A stretch of DNA of 64,000 nucleotides from a virus, in the IMG/VR virus record IMGVR_UViG_3300047562_003246, positions 1 to 64,000 of that record. One strand, 5' to 3'. Below the pieces are notes generated by a model. It was not told the DNA's origin, ran no database searches, and worked only from the letters and a program-made list of their open reading frames with translations. The position numbers were made by a program, and so were the translations under genes. This document shows positions 18,144 through 27,213 of this stretch, in pieces; positions within the stretch are counted from its first letter, which is position 1, and every line of letters begins with the position of its first letter.

Positions 18144-18171
18144 ACCTAACTCTAGGTAGCTTTTTTTTTTT
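18139..18171 (+). terminator. intrinsic terminator
   Basis: AGCTACCTA/TAGGTAGCT stem plus T11. Confidence 0.8.
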
Positions 18172-18190
18172 GAATCAGGAGAATGGAAAG

Positions 18191-18613
18191 ATGGAGACGA
18201 TATCAAGTTTCGAAGCAGTCCTGCTAGGCATCTGCGGAACGTTAGCAGCTAAATGGGTTTGTGAGCGTTTGTTTTGTGGTCACTCGTTTGTTTACTTGCT
18301 AATAAATATCGGTACCAAGAAACGTCGAATGCAGTATTCGTTACTGCGGTTGTGGGAAAAAATTATTTGGGACAGCCAAATGATGGATACCACAATGACG
18401 TTTAACTGCGATAACGATAAAAAAGGTTTCATCAAGTTAAAGGTCAGCTACTGGACAAAGTATGGTGACCAAGCTCAGGTTGAGCATCAATTCACTATTC
18501 ATGAATGGATTTACGATATTGACTCTTGTGTACAACAACTACAGCGTTCAATCGATTCGATCGCGGATAAAGACAGCAGTAACTGTCGTAGATCAAAAAG
18601 TTCAGCTCGCTAA
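18191..18613 (+). CDS. hypothetical protein, hydrophobic N-terminus
   Basis: track start 18170 is a TTG inside the T tract; ATG 18191 follows GGAG. Confidence 0.55.
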   Translation: METISSFEAVLLGICGTLAAKWVCERLFCGHSFVYLLINIGTKKRRMQYSLLRLWEKIIWDSQMMDTTMTFNCDNDKKGFIKLKVSYWTKYGDQAQVEHQFTIHEWIYDIDSCVQQLQRSIDSIADKDSSNCRRSKSSAR

Positions 18614-18643
18614 TCCCTATTTGTTATTTAGAGAGAACACGAC

Positions 18644-19000
18644 ATGTTTAGCTCAGTCAGTTTGATTTTGTTGATAGTTGTTTCTTTGTCGGTGGTGCTT
18701 GATCTGATTAAGGCGATAAAGTTAACAAGACTCATGACTAATAAGAGGTTTGCACATACGATACTTGGTGAATTCGATAATAGCTTTGACGAACTTGATA
18801 TTACGTATTCGTATTGCGGCGCTTCTAGACAAATCAAGCTCAGCATAACTACAGCAGGCGTCAAGAAATCCGACAGTTTCTTGAAAGCGGAAAAAACAGA
18901 GAGTCATGTAGTTATCGGCTCTTTTGCTGCTTTCGCTGATGAGAAGTATCACTTGAATAAGTTTAAAAACTGTTCGAGCAACTTGGAAAAAATAAAATAG
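18644..19000 (+). CDS. membrane-anchored hypothetical protein
   Basis: N-terminal hydrophobic helix. Confidence 0.6.
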   Translation: MFSSVSLILLIVVSLSVVLDLIKAIKLTRLMTNKRFAHTILGEFDNSFDELDITYSYCGASRQIKLSITTAGVKKSDSFLKAEKTESHVVIGSFAAFADEKYHLNKFKNCSSNLEKIK

Positions 19001-19020
19001 TCGTTGCTTACTGGCAAGGA

Positions 19021-19221
19021 GTGCACAGATTGAACCCGTACGAACCGCCTAAAGAGATAACAGATAATCAAAGTTCTTTAGAACATGACAAGATCGGCGA
19101 TACAGTGATTGAAGTTCTTGTTTTGTTGATTATCGTAGCAGCAGCTATTGTTATGCTGTCTCAAATTATGTTTTTCTTGGTCAATACGCTATTTCAGCTA
19201 GTAGTTAGTAAAACACTCTAG
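19021..19221 (+). CDS. small membrane protein
   Basis: AAGGA RBS; NPYEPP then TM helix. Confidence 0.65.
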   Translation: MHRLNPYEPPKEITDNQSSLEHDKIGDTVIEVLVLLIIVAAAIVMLSQIMFFLVNTLFQLVVSKTL

Positions 19222-19257
19222 CGGATATAGTAACTTATTTTCGAAAAGGCTTGAGTT

Positions 19258-19626
19258 ATGCAAATGCGAGTAACCGTGGTTGTCGATCTTGATACAACAG
19301 ATATCGATATCGAAGATGTTCGCGACGAAATTTTATCGGAAGCATGCAAGATACTCATCGCAAATGCTGACGGTATACAGATAGAGCCGGTGGATCCAAA
19401 CGAGACTGCAATCGACTATAAGTCGTTGTTAATTGAGTTGTACAAAGAAACAGACATCCTTGTAACTAATCTGATCGACGCAGGGGAGTTTGGACCTCAA
19501 GAAGATCCAGCGGATGACGACAACAGATATGTTGTAGATGAGGAAGGCGATTATTGGTATACCGACGTTTATAGCGTCAGAGAAAAGTTGCTTGATATTG
19601 AAGCTTTACATATTATTCCAGAGTGA
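19258..19626 (+). CDS. hypothetical acidic protein
   Basis: 122-aa ORF in chain. Confidence 0.65.
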   Translation: MQMRVTVVVDLDTTDIDIEDVRDEILSEACKILIANADGIQIEPVDPNETAIDYKSLLIELYKETDILVTNLIDAGEFGPQEDPADDDNRYVVDEEGDYWYTDVYSVREKLLDIEALHIIPE

Positions 19627-19629
19627 AAG

Positions 19630-20043
19630 ATGCAGCTTAAGCATACAAAACCTTGCAACCAGTGCCCATGGCGTAAGGATAGTCCACAGGGTTGGCTTGG
19701 TGGTTATCCTCCAGAGATGTACGCAGATGCGGTAGACAATAACGAAGTACCTGCTTGTCACTTACAAGATAAAGGTCCTGACGATCCGAGAACCGCAATG
19801 TGTGCTGGTGCGCTAGCTACGATGTATATGCAGTGTAAAAGCGCATATAACACGCCTGGAGGTGATGACGCAAGAAAAGCAGTCGGACTGAACATCGATT
19901 GCTTTGCTAATGTTCACGAATTCTATAAGTATCACGCTGGCAAAGACTACAAACCAGCGATATTCAGATTACTTTCTGATATGAACAAGCAACAAAGTAA
20001 GCGATCAACTAGGCGACGAAAGAACTTTAAAAAACAAGGCTGA
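19630..20043 (+). CDS. Cys-rich DUF6283-like protein (paralog 1)
   Basis: KPCNQCPW...PACH...CAGA. Confidence 0.6.
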   Translation: MQLKHTKPCNQCPWRKDSPQGWLGGYPPEMYADAVDNNEVPACHLQDKGPDDPRTAMCAGALATMYMQCKSAYNTPGGDDARKAVGLNIDCFANVHEFYKYHAGKDYKPAIFRLLSDMNKQQSKRSTRRRKNFKKQG

Positions 20044-20046
20044 GTT

Positions 20047-20523
20047 ATGCCGGTTAATCTAGTCTCTTATAAACGAGAAATCGGTGGATTGTTGTTTGGA
20101 AATTATTTCTCTAGAGCTGTTTGGCAGAAAGAGGTTAGTGTGATTACCAAAGCAAATTTTCATTTCAGGGTAGTTATCCCTAAAGAAGAAACTGGCCTTG
20201 ATTCGCTGTGTTTTGTGTTCTATCCAGGGTTAGAGTTGGTCAATCACAAAAAGGCTGTACTTAAAGAAGAGTGGATGTACAGCGAGCTTAGCGAAATAGA
20301 CTTCAGGACAGAATTAGATTTACCGGCTGCAGCCTCTTGGCAGATCGTAGGCACTGCGGAAATAGAGGCTGAGTACGACAAAGAAGAACAAACTTTTGAT
20401 AGCGTCATCAAGTTTTTGGACTATGAAATCAGCCAGATTAATGATCTGACGCTCAATCGATATTTACCAGATAGTAATCGTGAAATAAGCGTTAACAATG
20501 ATGAGCGACCAGAAAAAGCTTGA
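20047..20523 (+). CDS. hypothetical protein
   Basis: 158-aa ORF in chain. Confidence 0.65.
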   Translation: MPVNLVSYKREIGGLLFGNYFSRAVWQKEVSVITKANFHFRVVIPKEETGLDSLCFVFYPGLELVNHKKAVLKEEWMYSELSEIDFRTELDLPAAASWQIVGTAEIEAEYDKEEQTFDSVIKFLDYEISQINDLTLNRYLPDSNREISVNNDERPEKA

Positions 20524-20869
20524 AGACTTGTACAACGAAATGTACGAGTTAACAAAACCAGAATGCGCAAGTTGCAGAGTGCCATATTCTTGCTGTCACA
20601 ATGCGTACTGCGACATGGCTGAGCAAATAGCTGAGCTGAAAAATATCGACGTGACGCAGTACAAAACAGATCATCCGACGTTACCGTTTATGAGTGACTC
20701 AGGGTGTACGCTTCCTCCTTATTTAAGGCCGTTGTGTACACTGCATACATGTGAAGTCAACGCGTTTGGGTGCAAAAGGGCTGATACAAAATGGACTGAG
20801 AAATATTTTGATCTTCGAGAACAAATCGAAATAACTGAGTTCGAAATAGCAGAGAATAGCGAAAGATAA
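20498..20869 (+). CDS. Cys-rich metal-binding protein (YkgJ/FliB-like)
   Basis: CxxCxxxxxCC...C...GC...RPLC...C. Confidence 0.55.
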   Translation: MMSDQKKLEDLYNEMYELTKPECASCRVPYSCCHNAYCDMAEQIAELKNIDVTQYKTDHPTLPFMSDSGCTLPPYLRPLCTLHTCEVNAFGCKRADTKWTEKYFDLREQIEITEFEIAENSER

Positions 20870-20899
20870 ATTTAGCAGTCGGTTAGACGGGGTAAAGCT

Positions 20900-21151
20900 A
20901 TGAAATGGTACAACAATTTTGTGATCAATGCGTTTGTAGGCTGTTTATTGTTAGCCGCCAGTCCGTTCATTGTGGTATTTACTTACGCGATCTGGGGGCC
21001 GTTATTTGGTGATCCTTATGATGATCAATCTTTAGCGGCAATACCTTGGTTTGTGTTGTTCACGGTACCTGCAGCTGTTGTACTGTTTTTAGTGTTAGTA
21101 GTCATAAGAGTGTCTGTGTGGATGTACAACGGCAAAGATAAATTGCTGTAA
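20900..21151 (+). CDS. two-TM membrane protein
   Basis: two long hydrophobic segments. Confidence 0.7.
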   Translation: MKWYNNFVINAFVGCLLLAASPFIVVFTYAIWGPLFGDPYDDQSLAAIPWFVLFTVPAAVVLFLVLVVIRVSVWMYNGKDKLL

Positions 21152-21180
21152 GCATTTAGCATTTAAGTATTAATCACTGA

Positions 21181-21214
21181 GCGTCGAGCTAGGTTGGCTT
21201 GACGTTTTTTTTTT
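21181..21214 (+). terminator. intrinsic terminator
   Basis: GCGTCGAGC/GCTTGACGT stem plus T10. Confidence 0.75.
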
Positions 21215-21225
21215 GAAAGGACATC

Positions 21226-21507
21226 ATGAACGAAAACGTTTTGTTTGCTTTGGCGACGTATGCAAAAATCAATATCGTAGAAGCTTACACTGGTAAGCAG
21301 TTAGGTATGGCTGCTTTGAGTGTCAATGGCTCGCTGGATACGCCTACAGCCGGTTTAATTAAACTTCGTGCCGACAGGATTGAAGAAGTTCGATTCCGGA
21401 TGGATGAGATGCCGGAGGTGTTTTATCGAACGGATGCATCGATCGCTTTTATGAAGCGGAAGAGAGAATCAACAGCTAGACAACTTTCGTTGGTTAGTAC
21501 AAACTAA
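21226..21507 (+). CDS. hypothetical protein
   Basis: AAAGGA RBS. Confidence 0.7.
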   Translation: MNENVLFALATYAKINIVEAYTGKQLGMAALSVNGSLDTPTAGLIKLRADRIEEVRFRMDEMPEVFYRTDASIAFMKRKRESTARQLSLVSTN

Positions 21508-21541
21508 CAAACACTGCTCGTTCATTAACAAGGACAGGAAA

Positions 21542-21685
21542 ATGAAGCAATCGAGTCTTGAGTCACGTACGCAGATATGGGTTCTGCTTTGGACGGCGAT
21601 AGTAGTCAGTATGTTGCTTTTCAAGCCTGGGCTTTGGTTGGAAGATGCCAGCTTGTTTCAATGGCTTTGTAGCATCTATCGTTAA
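21542..21685 (+). CDS. small membrane protein (47 aa, not in ORF track)
   Basis: AGGA RBS; MKQSSLESRTQIWVLLWTAIVVSMLLF... Confidence 0.55.
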   Translation: MKQSSLESRTQIWVLLWTAIVVSMLLFKPGLWLEDASLFQWLCSIYR

Positions 21686-21758
21686 CCCATATTGACACAG
21701 ATTTATTGTTTGCCTAGTTTATTGGTCAGTCCTACGAGTGATCGTAGCGATTTCCTGG

Positions 21759-21796
21759 GAGCTGTCGTGATCAAACCACGACGGCTCTTTTTTTTT
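21759..21796 (+). terminator. intrinsic terminator directly abutting the 14-bp motif
   Basis: GAGCTGTCGTG/CACGACGGCTC stem plus T9. Confidence 0.8.
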
Positions 21797-21810
21797 GTAG
21801 GATCCTGCGC
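21797..21810 (-). repeat. dispersed 14-bp motif, copy 5 (between terminator and RBS)
   Basis: GTAGGATCCTGCGC followed by TTAAGAGGAG. Confidence 0.95.
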
Positions 21811-21824
21811 TTAAGAGGAGCATT

Positions 21825-22121
21825 ATGTATAAGAACTTTTTAGTGACGGATATTGAGTGGGATACGGAAGCAGAGCCGCAGGAAGATTGCGGATTGCCTA
21901 GTCAAGTACTCGTCGTAAACATCCCACAGGAAGTTTGGTCAAATGAAGACGAGTTGGACAACCAACTGTCAGAACTAACTTCGGATTGTTTTGGGTTTTG
22001 TCATCGTGGTTTTGATTCTTGTGATTTCAATACATTGGAATTAAAACCAAACGGTACGTTGCACGACATGAAGTCATGTATAGCCATAGTTAATTTCACC
22101 ATATACGCCGGATTGTCATGA
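21825..22121 (+). CDS. hypothetical phage protein
   Basis: GAGGAG RBS. Confidence 0.75.
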   Translation: MYKNFLVTDIEWDTEAEPQEDCGLPSQVLVVNIPQEVWSNEDELDNQLSELTSDCFGFCHRGFDSCDFNTLELKPNGTLHDMKSCIAIVNFTIYAGLS

Positions 22122-22720
22122 CAAAAAGTAACAAGAAGAAGAATCACAAAAGTTCTGCTGTAAAAAAAGAATCACAAGCAATTTGGACTAAGTTTCAGCT
22201 TGTACCATCGATGACGTTTCAAGAAGCTGTCACGCACGTTAAAGAAGCCAATATTCTTGAGACTTACAGAAAGCAGACGGGTAGAGAAATAGACGAGACA
22301 GACGAAGAGATTATTCGACAGTTGGCTAAGAACTTGGTACAGGCAAAGACTTACGTCAACAATCTTTATCAAGTCGCAAGAAGAGATCCGTTGCCAGAAG
22401 AAACATATGATCAAGTTGGGTTTATCCACTTGAGTATTAAGCGGCACGATAAGAAACCGATCGTTAACTGGAATCATCTACAGAGGATCAAAAACGAATT
22501 AGTTGGTCCTGAGTATGAAGCCGTTGAGTTGTTTCCGGCGGAATCGCGTTTGGTTAATATGGCTAACCAGTATCATCTATGGGTGATCAACGATTCGAGG
22601 CAGAGATTTCCTTTCGGTTTTGATTCTGGTAGGCACGCAGGTCCTGGTGTAGAAAATAGCGTTACGACGCAACATTACGAAGACAACGTTCAAGAGCAAA
22701 CAGAGACGGCAAATGAGTAA
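22118..22720 (+). CDS. conserved phage protein (DUF7694-like)
   Basis: HLSIKRHDK...WNHLQRIKNELVGPEYEAVELFPAESRLVNMANQYHLW. Confidence 0.6.
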   Translation: MTKSNKKKNHKSSAVKKESQAIWTKFQLVPSMTFQEAVTHVKEANILETYRKQTGREIDETDEEIIRQLAKNLVQAKTYVNNLYQVARRDPLPEETYDQVGFIHLSIKRHDKKPIVNWNHLQRIKNELVGPEYEAVELFPAESRLVNMANQYHLWVINDSRQRFPFGFDSGRHAGPGVENSVTTQHYEDNVQEQTETANE

Positions 22721-22973
22721 TACAGTTCCGCACAAAACATTAAGAATGCTTTGTGGCATGTTGGAAACCGGCTGGACACTGCACGTACCCAGCGATACAA
22801 AATTGCGTCCATTTGTTCGTGTAACAGTGAGAGTAGGCGACACAGAAGAACAAAAGGTTATCGAGATCGACTCAGACGATGTGATCGATCTGTTTACGTA
22901 TCGAAAGTTAATCAAAAAAGGATCGTACGCGACCGAAGATAAGGTTACAGTAGTAGCTTACGCACTGGGGTAG
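22713..22973 (+). CDS. hypothetical protein
   Basis: 8-nt overlap with upstream gene. Confidence 0.6.
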   Translation: MSNTVPHKTLRMLCGMLETGWTLHVPSDTKLRPFVRVTVRVGDTEEQKVIEIDSDDVIDLFTYRKLIKKGSYATEDKVTVVAYALG

Positions 22974-23008
22974 CTTTTGCTATTTACGTAAGCCGCAAAG
23001 GACTAGGC

Positions 23009-23227
23009 ATGAAAAAGTTGAAAGACGTTGAATTCAACGCTTTACAAGGATTTTGTTTAGGTATAGGTCTTGGCTCGGTAATAGCTCTAATTACCATCGA
23101 CGTATGTAAGTGCTACGACTTGGTGTTTCCATCAGAACACTTACTGAAGATTGTTTGCTGCATTGGTGTTTACTTTGGAATATTTACAGCCTCAGAGGTC
23201 TTTTTTGATGACGAAGATGTCTACTAG
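23009..23227 (+). CDS. two-TM membrane protein
   Basis: two hydrophobic segments; AAGGGA RBS. Confidence 0.65.
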   Translation: MKKLKDVEFNALQGFCLGIGLGSVIALITIDVCKCYDLVFPSEHLLKIVCCIGVYFGIFTASEVFFDDEDVY

Positions 23228-23450
23228 ATCGATAGTGCAGCAGAACTTACTCACTAGACCACATTATGCACCTTATTGCGGCAACAGTAATTGTTTTACT
23301 TTGTCTCGCGTGTTATGGTGCCGAAATAAAAAACAGTTTGTTTGCCCTCGCTGTGAGTGGGTGTCGTGTTTTCCTCAGAGTTTTATTGATGAATACGAAA
23401 GATATCGAGAAACCTGGGATAACCGGGTGAGACTAGTTTGGGAATGTTGA
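23208..23450 (+). CDS. small Zn-ribbon protein
   Basis: PYCGNSNC...FVCPRCEW; ATG 23208 likelier than track start. Confidence 0.6.
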   Translation: MTKMSTRSIVQQNLLTRPHYAPYCGNSNCFTLSRVLWCRNKKQFVCPRCEWVSCFPQSFIDEYERYRETWDNRVRLVWEC

Positions 23451-23476
23451 AATCTTTTACCGAACCGTTTTCATTG

Positions 23477-23509
23477 AAGCGATAAGCCCAGCTTATCGCT
23501 TTTTTTTTT
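23477..23509 (+). terminator. intrinsic terminator
   Basis: AAGCGATAAGC/GCTTATCGCTT stem plus T10. Confidence 0.85.
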
Positions 23510-23519
23510 GGAGTAAATC

Positions 23520-24140
23520 ATGGCAAAGAAAGCAACTTTACGTACGACTAAAGCAGCAACCGTTAAGGCATCACAACCAACAAAGCTGCAAGAAATTTTG
23601 AAGCTCATGGGCATTACGGAGAACGAAGCCAAGAACTTGATTATTAAGCAAGCTACGTCGGAGTTACTGTCTGGTCTACTTTCACAGTCGACCGACGGCG
23701 GTAGCTCAACAGTTACACAGAAGTTCGATTTCACGACCGAAGTATCGGAGGAAGTCAACAGGCAGGTTTCTAACAAAGTGACAGAGCTTATTCAAGGGCA
23801 TATCGCTAGTGCACTTGTTGAAGTATGCGTTCGAGAGACCAACAAGTTTGGCGAGCCTAATGATCCTAGTAAGCCGCCGATGACGTTAGCTGAGCTTATT
23901 GAATCGCGCACCGACAAGTACATGAGAAGAAAAGTTAACAAGACAACCGGCAAACCATCTGGTGCTGTTGGTATTTCTCGCGTTGAGTATCTGGTTAACG
24001 CTGTCATGAATCAAGTAGTGTCTGACTATGCTGAGAATATCGTATCTACTATTGAGCAGAAGCTTACTAACAAGTTGTCGAAAGATGTTGTTAATCACGT
24101 CCGTGGCGTGATTGAACAAAGCATGCTTAGCGACAAGTAA
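23520..24140 (+). CDS. hypothetical protein
   Basis: GGAG RBS; 206 aa. Confidence 0.75.
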   Translation: MAKKATLRTTKAATVKASQPTKLQEILKLMGITENEAKNLIIKQATSELLSGLLSQSTDGGSSTVTQKFDFTTEVSEEVNRQVSNKVTELIQGHIASALVEVCVRETNKFGEPNDPSKPPMTLAELIESRTDKYMRRKVNKTTGKPSGAVGISRVEYLVNAVMNQVVSDYAENIVSTIEQKLTNKLSKDVVNHVRGVIEQSMLSDK

Positions 24141-24158
24141 CCGCTAGGGTTTGTTTCT

Positions 24159-24509
24159 ATGCGACTAAGTGACTTGATCGACTATTACGTCGTAACTCCG
24201 CATGGCACAGTTATAGAGCTGGGCGTTATAGATCGAAAAATTGATTCGCAGCAGGTGATGTGTATTCACACAAAGTTATTGAGCGAAGCGTCTGACGAAG
24301 ACAAGCGTTTCTTCGAGCAAAATTGTGCTGTTGTCCAGGTGGCAAGGATTAAGTCACTAAATATGTTCAAAGAAAAAGCAGATGCTTATGCTCTGCTTTT
24401 AAAAAGACTAAATGACGATATGTTTCGTATGAAAGACGAAATGAGTTGTTTGAGTCAAAAGATCAAGCAGGTTAATCGGATACTTCGAGAAGAGAGTATG
24501 GGAGGTTGA
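24159..24509 (+). CDS. hypothetical protein
   Basis: 116-aa ORF in chain. Confidence 0.65.
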   Translation: MRLSDLIDYYVVTPHGTVIELGVIDRKIDSQQVMCIHTKLLSEASDEDKRFFEQNCAVVQVARIKSLNMFKEKADAYALLLKRLNDDMFRMKDEMSCLSQKIKQVNRILREESMGG

Positions 24510-24570
24510 TTCGGAAGTATCTATCGTGTAGGTTTGTTCCGTTTCGTTTATTTCCATCAGAGGATTTGAA

Positions 24571-25101
24571 GTGGCAAAAAAGAAAGTGAAGCAAAAGACT
24601 GACAAGAAGGTCGAAAAGAAAGTCGTAAAAGGGAAGAAAGAGAAGAAGGTCAAAGAAAAGAAACCAGTACTCTACCGATGGGGTAAAGTTCCTCCTGGAC
24701 CTTGGGTTTGGAAGCGATACAAGGTCGAAAGCAACCTGACTCCCGCAGAAGAACAACCATGGCTGTGTGGATTGTTTGCAGCTACTGACGAGAAAAATCC
24801 AGCGGCGGACACAATGATTCTGTATTTACGTGAGGATCTAGCTGCGTTTCCGTATGCTGGAAAGCTACCTGCACATTCACTAATACGTACAGCACCAGAG
24901 TTAGCTGTTGGTTGTGAGGAGTCAGTGAAGCTTTTCAAGAAGATTGCAAAGCAAACTAAAGACAAAAAGCTGCAAGCCGCGATCAATAAGTTGGTCAGTA
25001 AGCTAGATGGGTTTCTCAAGAAAGCGGCTACATTTGACGACACCGTCGAGACTCTAGAAAGAGTAAAGGAAGAATTGCAAGTCCAACAAACCGGGCAATA
25101 A
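24571..25101 (+). CDS. protein with very Lys-rich N-terminus (possible DNA-binding)
   Basis: AKKKVKQKTDKKVEKKVVKGKKEKKVKEKK. Confidence 0.7.
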   Translation: MAKKKVKQKTDKKVEKKVVKGKKEKKVKEKKPVLYRWGKVPPGPWVWKRYKVESNLTPAEEQPWLCGLFAATDEKNPAADTMILYLREDLAAFPYAGKLPAHSLIRTAPELAVGCEESVKLFKKIAKQTKDKKLQAAINKLVSKLDGFLKKAATFDDTVETLERVKEELQVQQTGQ

Positions 25102-25139
25102 ACTAGTCTAGTTTTTTGTTTTGTGCTATAAATAATCAC

Positions 25140-25172
25140 CAGATGTGGGCGACAACACGTTGCCCACATCTG
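25140..25172. repeat. 11-bp perfect inverted repeat
   Basis: CAGATGTGGGC/GCCCACATCTG, 8 bp before the palindromic motif variant. Confidence 0.7.
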
Positions 25173-25681
25173 TCTGTTTTGTAGGATCCTACGATCGAGC
25201 GCTTATGTTGAAGATAGCATGCGAGGTTATTGGTGATGATCCCGAATTTGTAGGGAAAAAATTCACTGCGGTATTACGAATGGTTCCTAAGAAGCCTGGA
25301 CAAGCTGAGCTGTACGAAAGGCTTGAAGAGTCAGCGACTTTATCTGGCGAGCCTATTTTCGTGCGAAGTGATAAAGTCAAGTACGATTTTAATAAGGTAG
25401 AGCTGCCAGTAGCTTCTGAAAATTTGCAAGGTTTTTACAACGAGTACGACGTTAAGCGAAAAGACGGTAAGCATGAGATGGACGCTACCTATGTCGTTCT
25501 TCGTATTGATAGTAACATGGAAAACAAGCAAAGATTAATCGCTAATCGATTTGCAATCAGTGAAGCGGCTAGATACATGTTTACTGTCTGTGCCGTATGT
25601 CCTGATGATATTACTTACGCGTCAGATATGTTCAACTTGGTTCAGCTACTACATTGGGTCGATATAGCTGGTGACACTTAA
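25145..25681 (+). CDS. hypothetical protein
   Basis: 178-aa ORF; start uncertain (GTG inside hairpin). Confidence 0.6.
   Translation: MGDNTLPTSVCFVGSYDRALMLKIACEVIGDDPEFVGKKFTAVLRMVPKKPGQAELYERLEESATLSGEPIFVRSDKVKYDFNKVELPVASENLQGFYNEYDVKRKDGKHEMDATYVVLRIDSNMENKQRLIANRFAISEAARYMFTVCAVCPDDITYASDMFNLVQLLHWVDIAGDT
25181..25192. repeat. perfect-palindrome variant of motif, GTAGGATCCTAC
   Basis: 12-bp palindrome built from the CCTAC half-site. Confidence 0.75.
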
Positions 25682-25739
25682 AAAGTATCGATAAGTCGTT
25701 GATATTTGTTGTTTCGTGGTTTTTCTTGAGGATTTAAAG

Positions 25740-26012
25740 ATGACAGATAGTTTAGATAACTTGGCACACATGTCCGATGATTATTTTGCTGAAGTTGAAT
25801 GCATACCTATGTGCCCAGGTTCTGCCAGTGACGATACATGGATGGAGGACATAGATGATGTTGACGACGACTTCGACGATGACGACGATGATGACGACTA
25901 CGATGATTGGGAGGACGACGATCTCGACGATGCTGATGAGGAGGACGAGGAGTGGGATGACGATGACGACGATGATGACGATGACGATTGGGATGACGAA
26001 TTTGAGGATTAA
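25740..26012 (+). CDS. extremely acidic (Asp-rich) protein
   Basis: C-terminal ~55 aa almost all D/E with spaced W/F/Y; GAGGA RBS. Confidence 0.7.
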   Translation: MTDSLDNLAHMSDDYFAEVECIPMCPGSASDDTWMEDIDDVDDDFDDDDDDDDYDDWEDDDLDDADEEDEEWDDDDDDDDDDDWDDEFED

Positions 26013-26020
26013 CAACAAAT

Positions 26021-26467
26021 ATGGCTATTAGATCAAAAATAGTCACTAACACAGATTTTGATTTACAATTCGCCGAGTACTTAGAAGTACTAAGAGGAGA
26101 GTCCAGTAATGGACGAGTCGGTACAAGCAAGCTGAACAGCTTCTACGTGCTGGCTGAACGTGTGTATAAGTTGACTACGGTCAACCCAGGAAAATTCGAA
26201 GCCAGATATTCTGCACACGCTAGACATACGTTGTCGGGGCCTTTTAGTACTAAGGCAAAAGCGGAGATGGCAGCACTGGCGTCACTGAAGAGTCAAACTT
26301 GCTTAGACATTCGAGTGATTAAGACAGCTGATTTCAGAACATATTTGCGATCATGTGCTTCACCTAGCGACACTGAGCACATTAGAACTTTGTTCCACGG
26401 CGCAATAGCGATGGAACTTGCTGAGATCAAGCAGTCGTCGCAAGAGATAGAAGAATTCGAAGATTAA
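26021..26467 (+). CDS. hypothetical protein
   Basis: 148-aa ORF in chain. Confidence 0.65.
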   Translation: MAIRSKIVTNTDFDLQFAEYLEVLRGESSNGRVGTSKLNSFYVLAERVYKLTTVNPGKFEARYSAHARHTLSGPFSTKAKAEMAALASLKSQTCLDIRVIKTADFRTYLRSCASPSDTEHIRTLFHGAIAMELAEIKQSSQEIEEFED

Positions 26468-26468
26468 A

Positions 26469-26951
26469 ATGCGATCGAAGCGTAAAAAGAAAAATTGGAT
26501 TCCCCGGTTAAAGCTTTCTCCAGATAAGCGGCATTTGTTTTTAGAAGACACGCCGCTGTGTTGGAAAGATGATCTTCTAAACCTTGGCGGTTCTTGGTTG
26601 GCGTCGAGATATACCTGGAAGTTCGAGCTAGACGCGAGGAACAAAGTTGAATCTTTCTTGGCCCTGAAGCGAACAGCTAAAAACCCAACTACGCAGGTCA
26701 ATACAGATCTAGAGTTAATGCCGTGTTTGGGTGTAGTTGTCTATAAGGATAGGGCTTATTACTGTATTCAGGTAAAAAAGGACCGAAATTTGCTGGCAAG
26801 TTTAGTCAGCAAGTTCTACTTTTTTGCAAACGCAGATGAATGTCGCTGGGTTGATAGGTTTGAGCGAACTAAACGCGTTTACTCAAATCACATGGCGTAT
26901 TTGACGCTGCATGAGATTCGTCAAAATAACTTCTTACACGAGGATGCATAA
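26469..26951 (+). CDS. hypothetical protein (N-terminal KDxLxxLGGxW motif)
   Basis: 160 aa. Confidence 0.6.
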   Translation: MRSKRKKKNWIPRLKLSPDKRHLFLEDTPLCWKDDLLNLGGSWLASRYTWKFELDARNKVESFLALKRTAKNPTTQVNTDLELMPCLGVVVYKDRAYYCIQVKKDRNLLASLVSKFYFFANADECRWVDRFERTKRVYSNHMAYLTLHEIRQNNFLHEDA

Positions 26952-26952
26952 A

Positions 26953-27168
26953 ATGACAGAAGAAAACAAGCCTGTAGATCTTGCTAGAGAAGAACTAGAA
27001 AAGATGGTTGGGAAAGTTTGGAACACACAAGAGCTACAAGAAGAATTTACAGTTCACAGTTTCTCGGCTCCTTTTGTAACCGTCACCAGAAAGGCTGACG
27101 GTGTCAAAGGTATTTTAGAGTTTCGACATAGTCCGAGGTTTTATTACTCGTTTGTGCCGTCTAATTAA
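26953..27168 (+). CDS. hypothetical phage protein
   Basis: GAGGA before ATG 26953. Confidence 0.7.
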   Translation: MTEENKPVDLAREELEKMVGKVWNTQELQEEFTVHSFSAPFVTVTRKADGVKGILEFRHSPRFYYSFVPSN

Positions 27169-27213
27169 CTAGCACAAACTGAATAGGTTTCAGGGAAAGG
27201 ATTAATTTAGGAA

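Noticed and set aside
25752-26130. Ile/Val-rich and His/Arg-rich reverse ORFs
   Set aside because: Antisense artefacts of the GAT/GAC-rich acidic gene.
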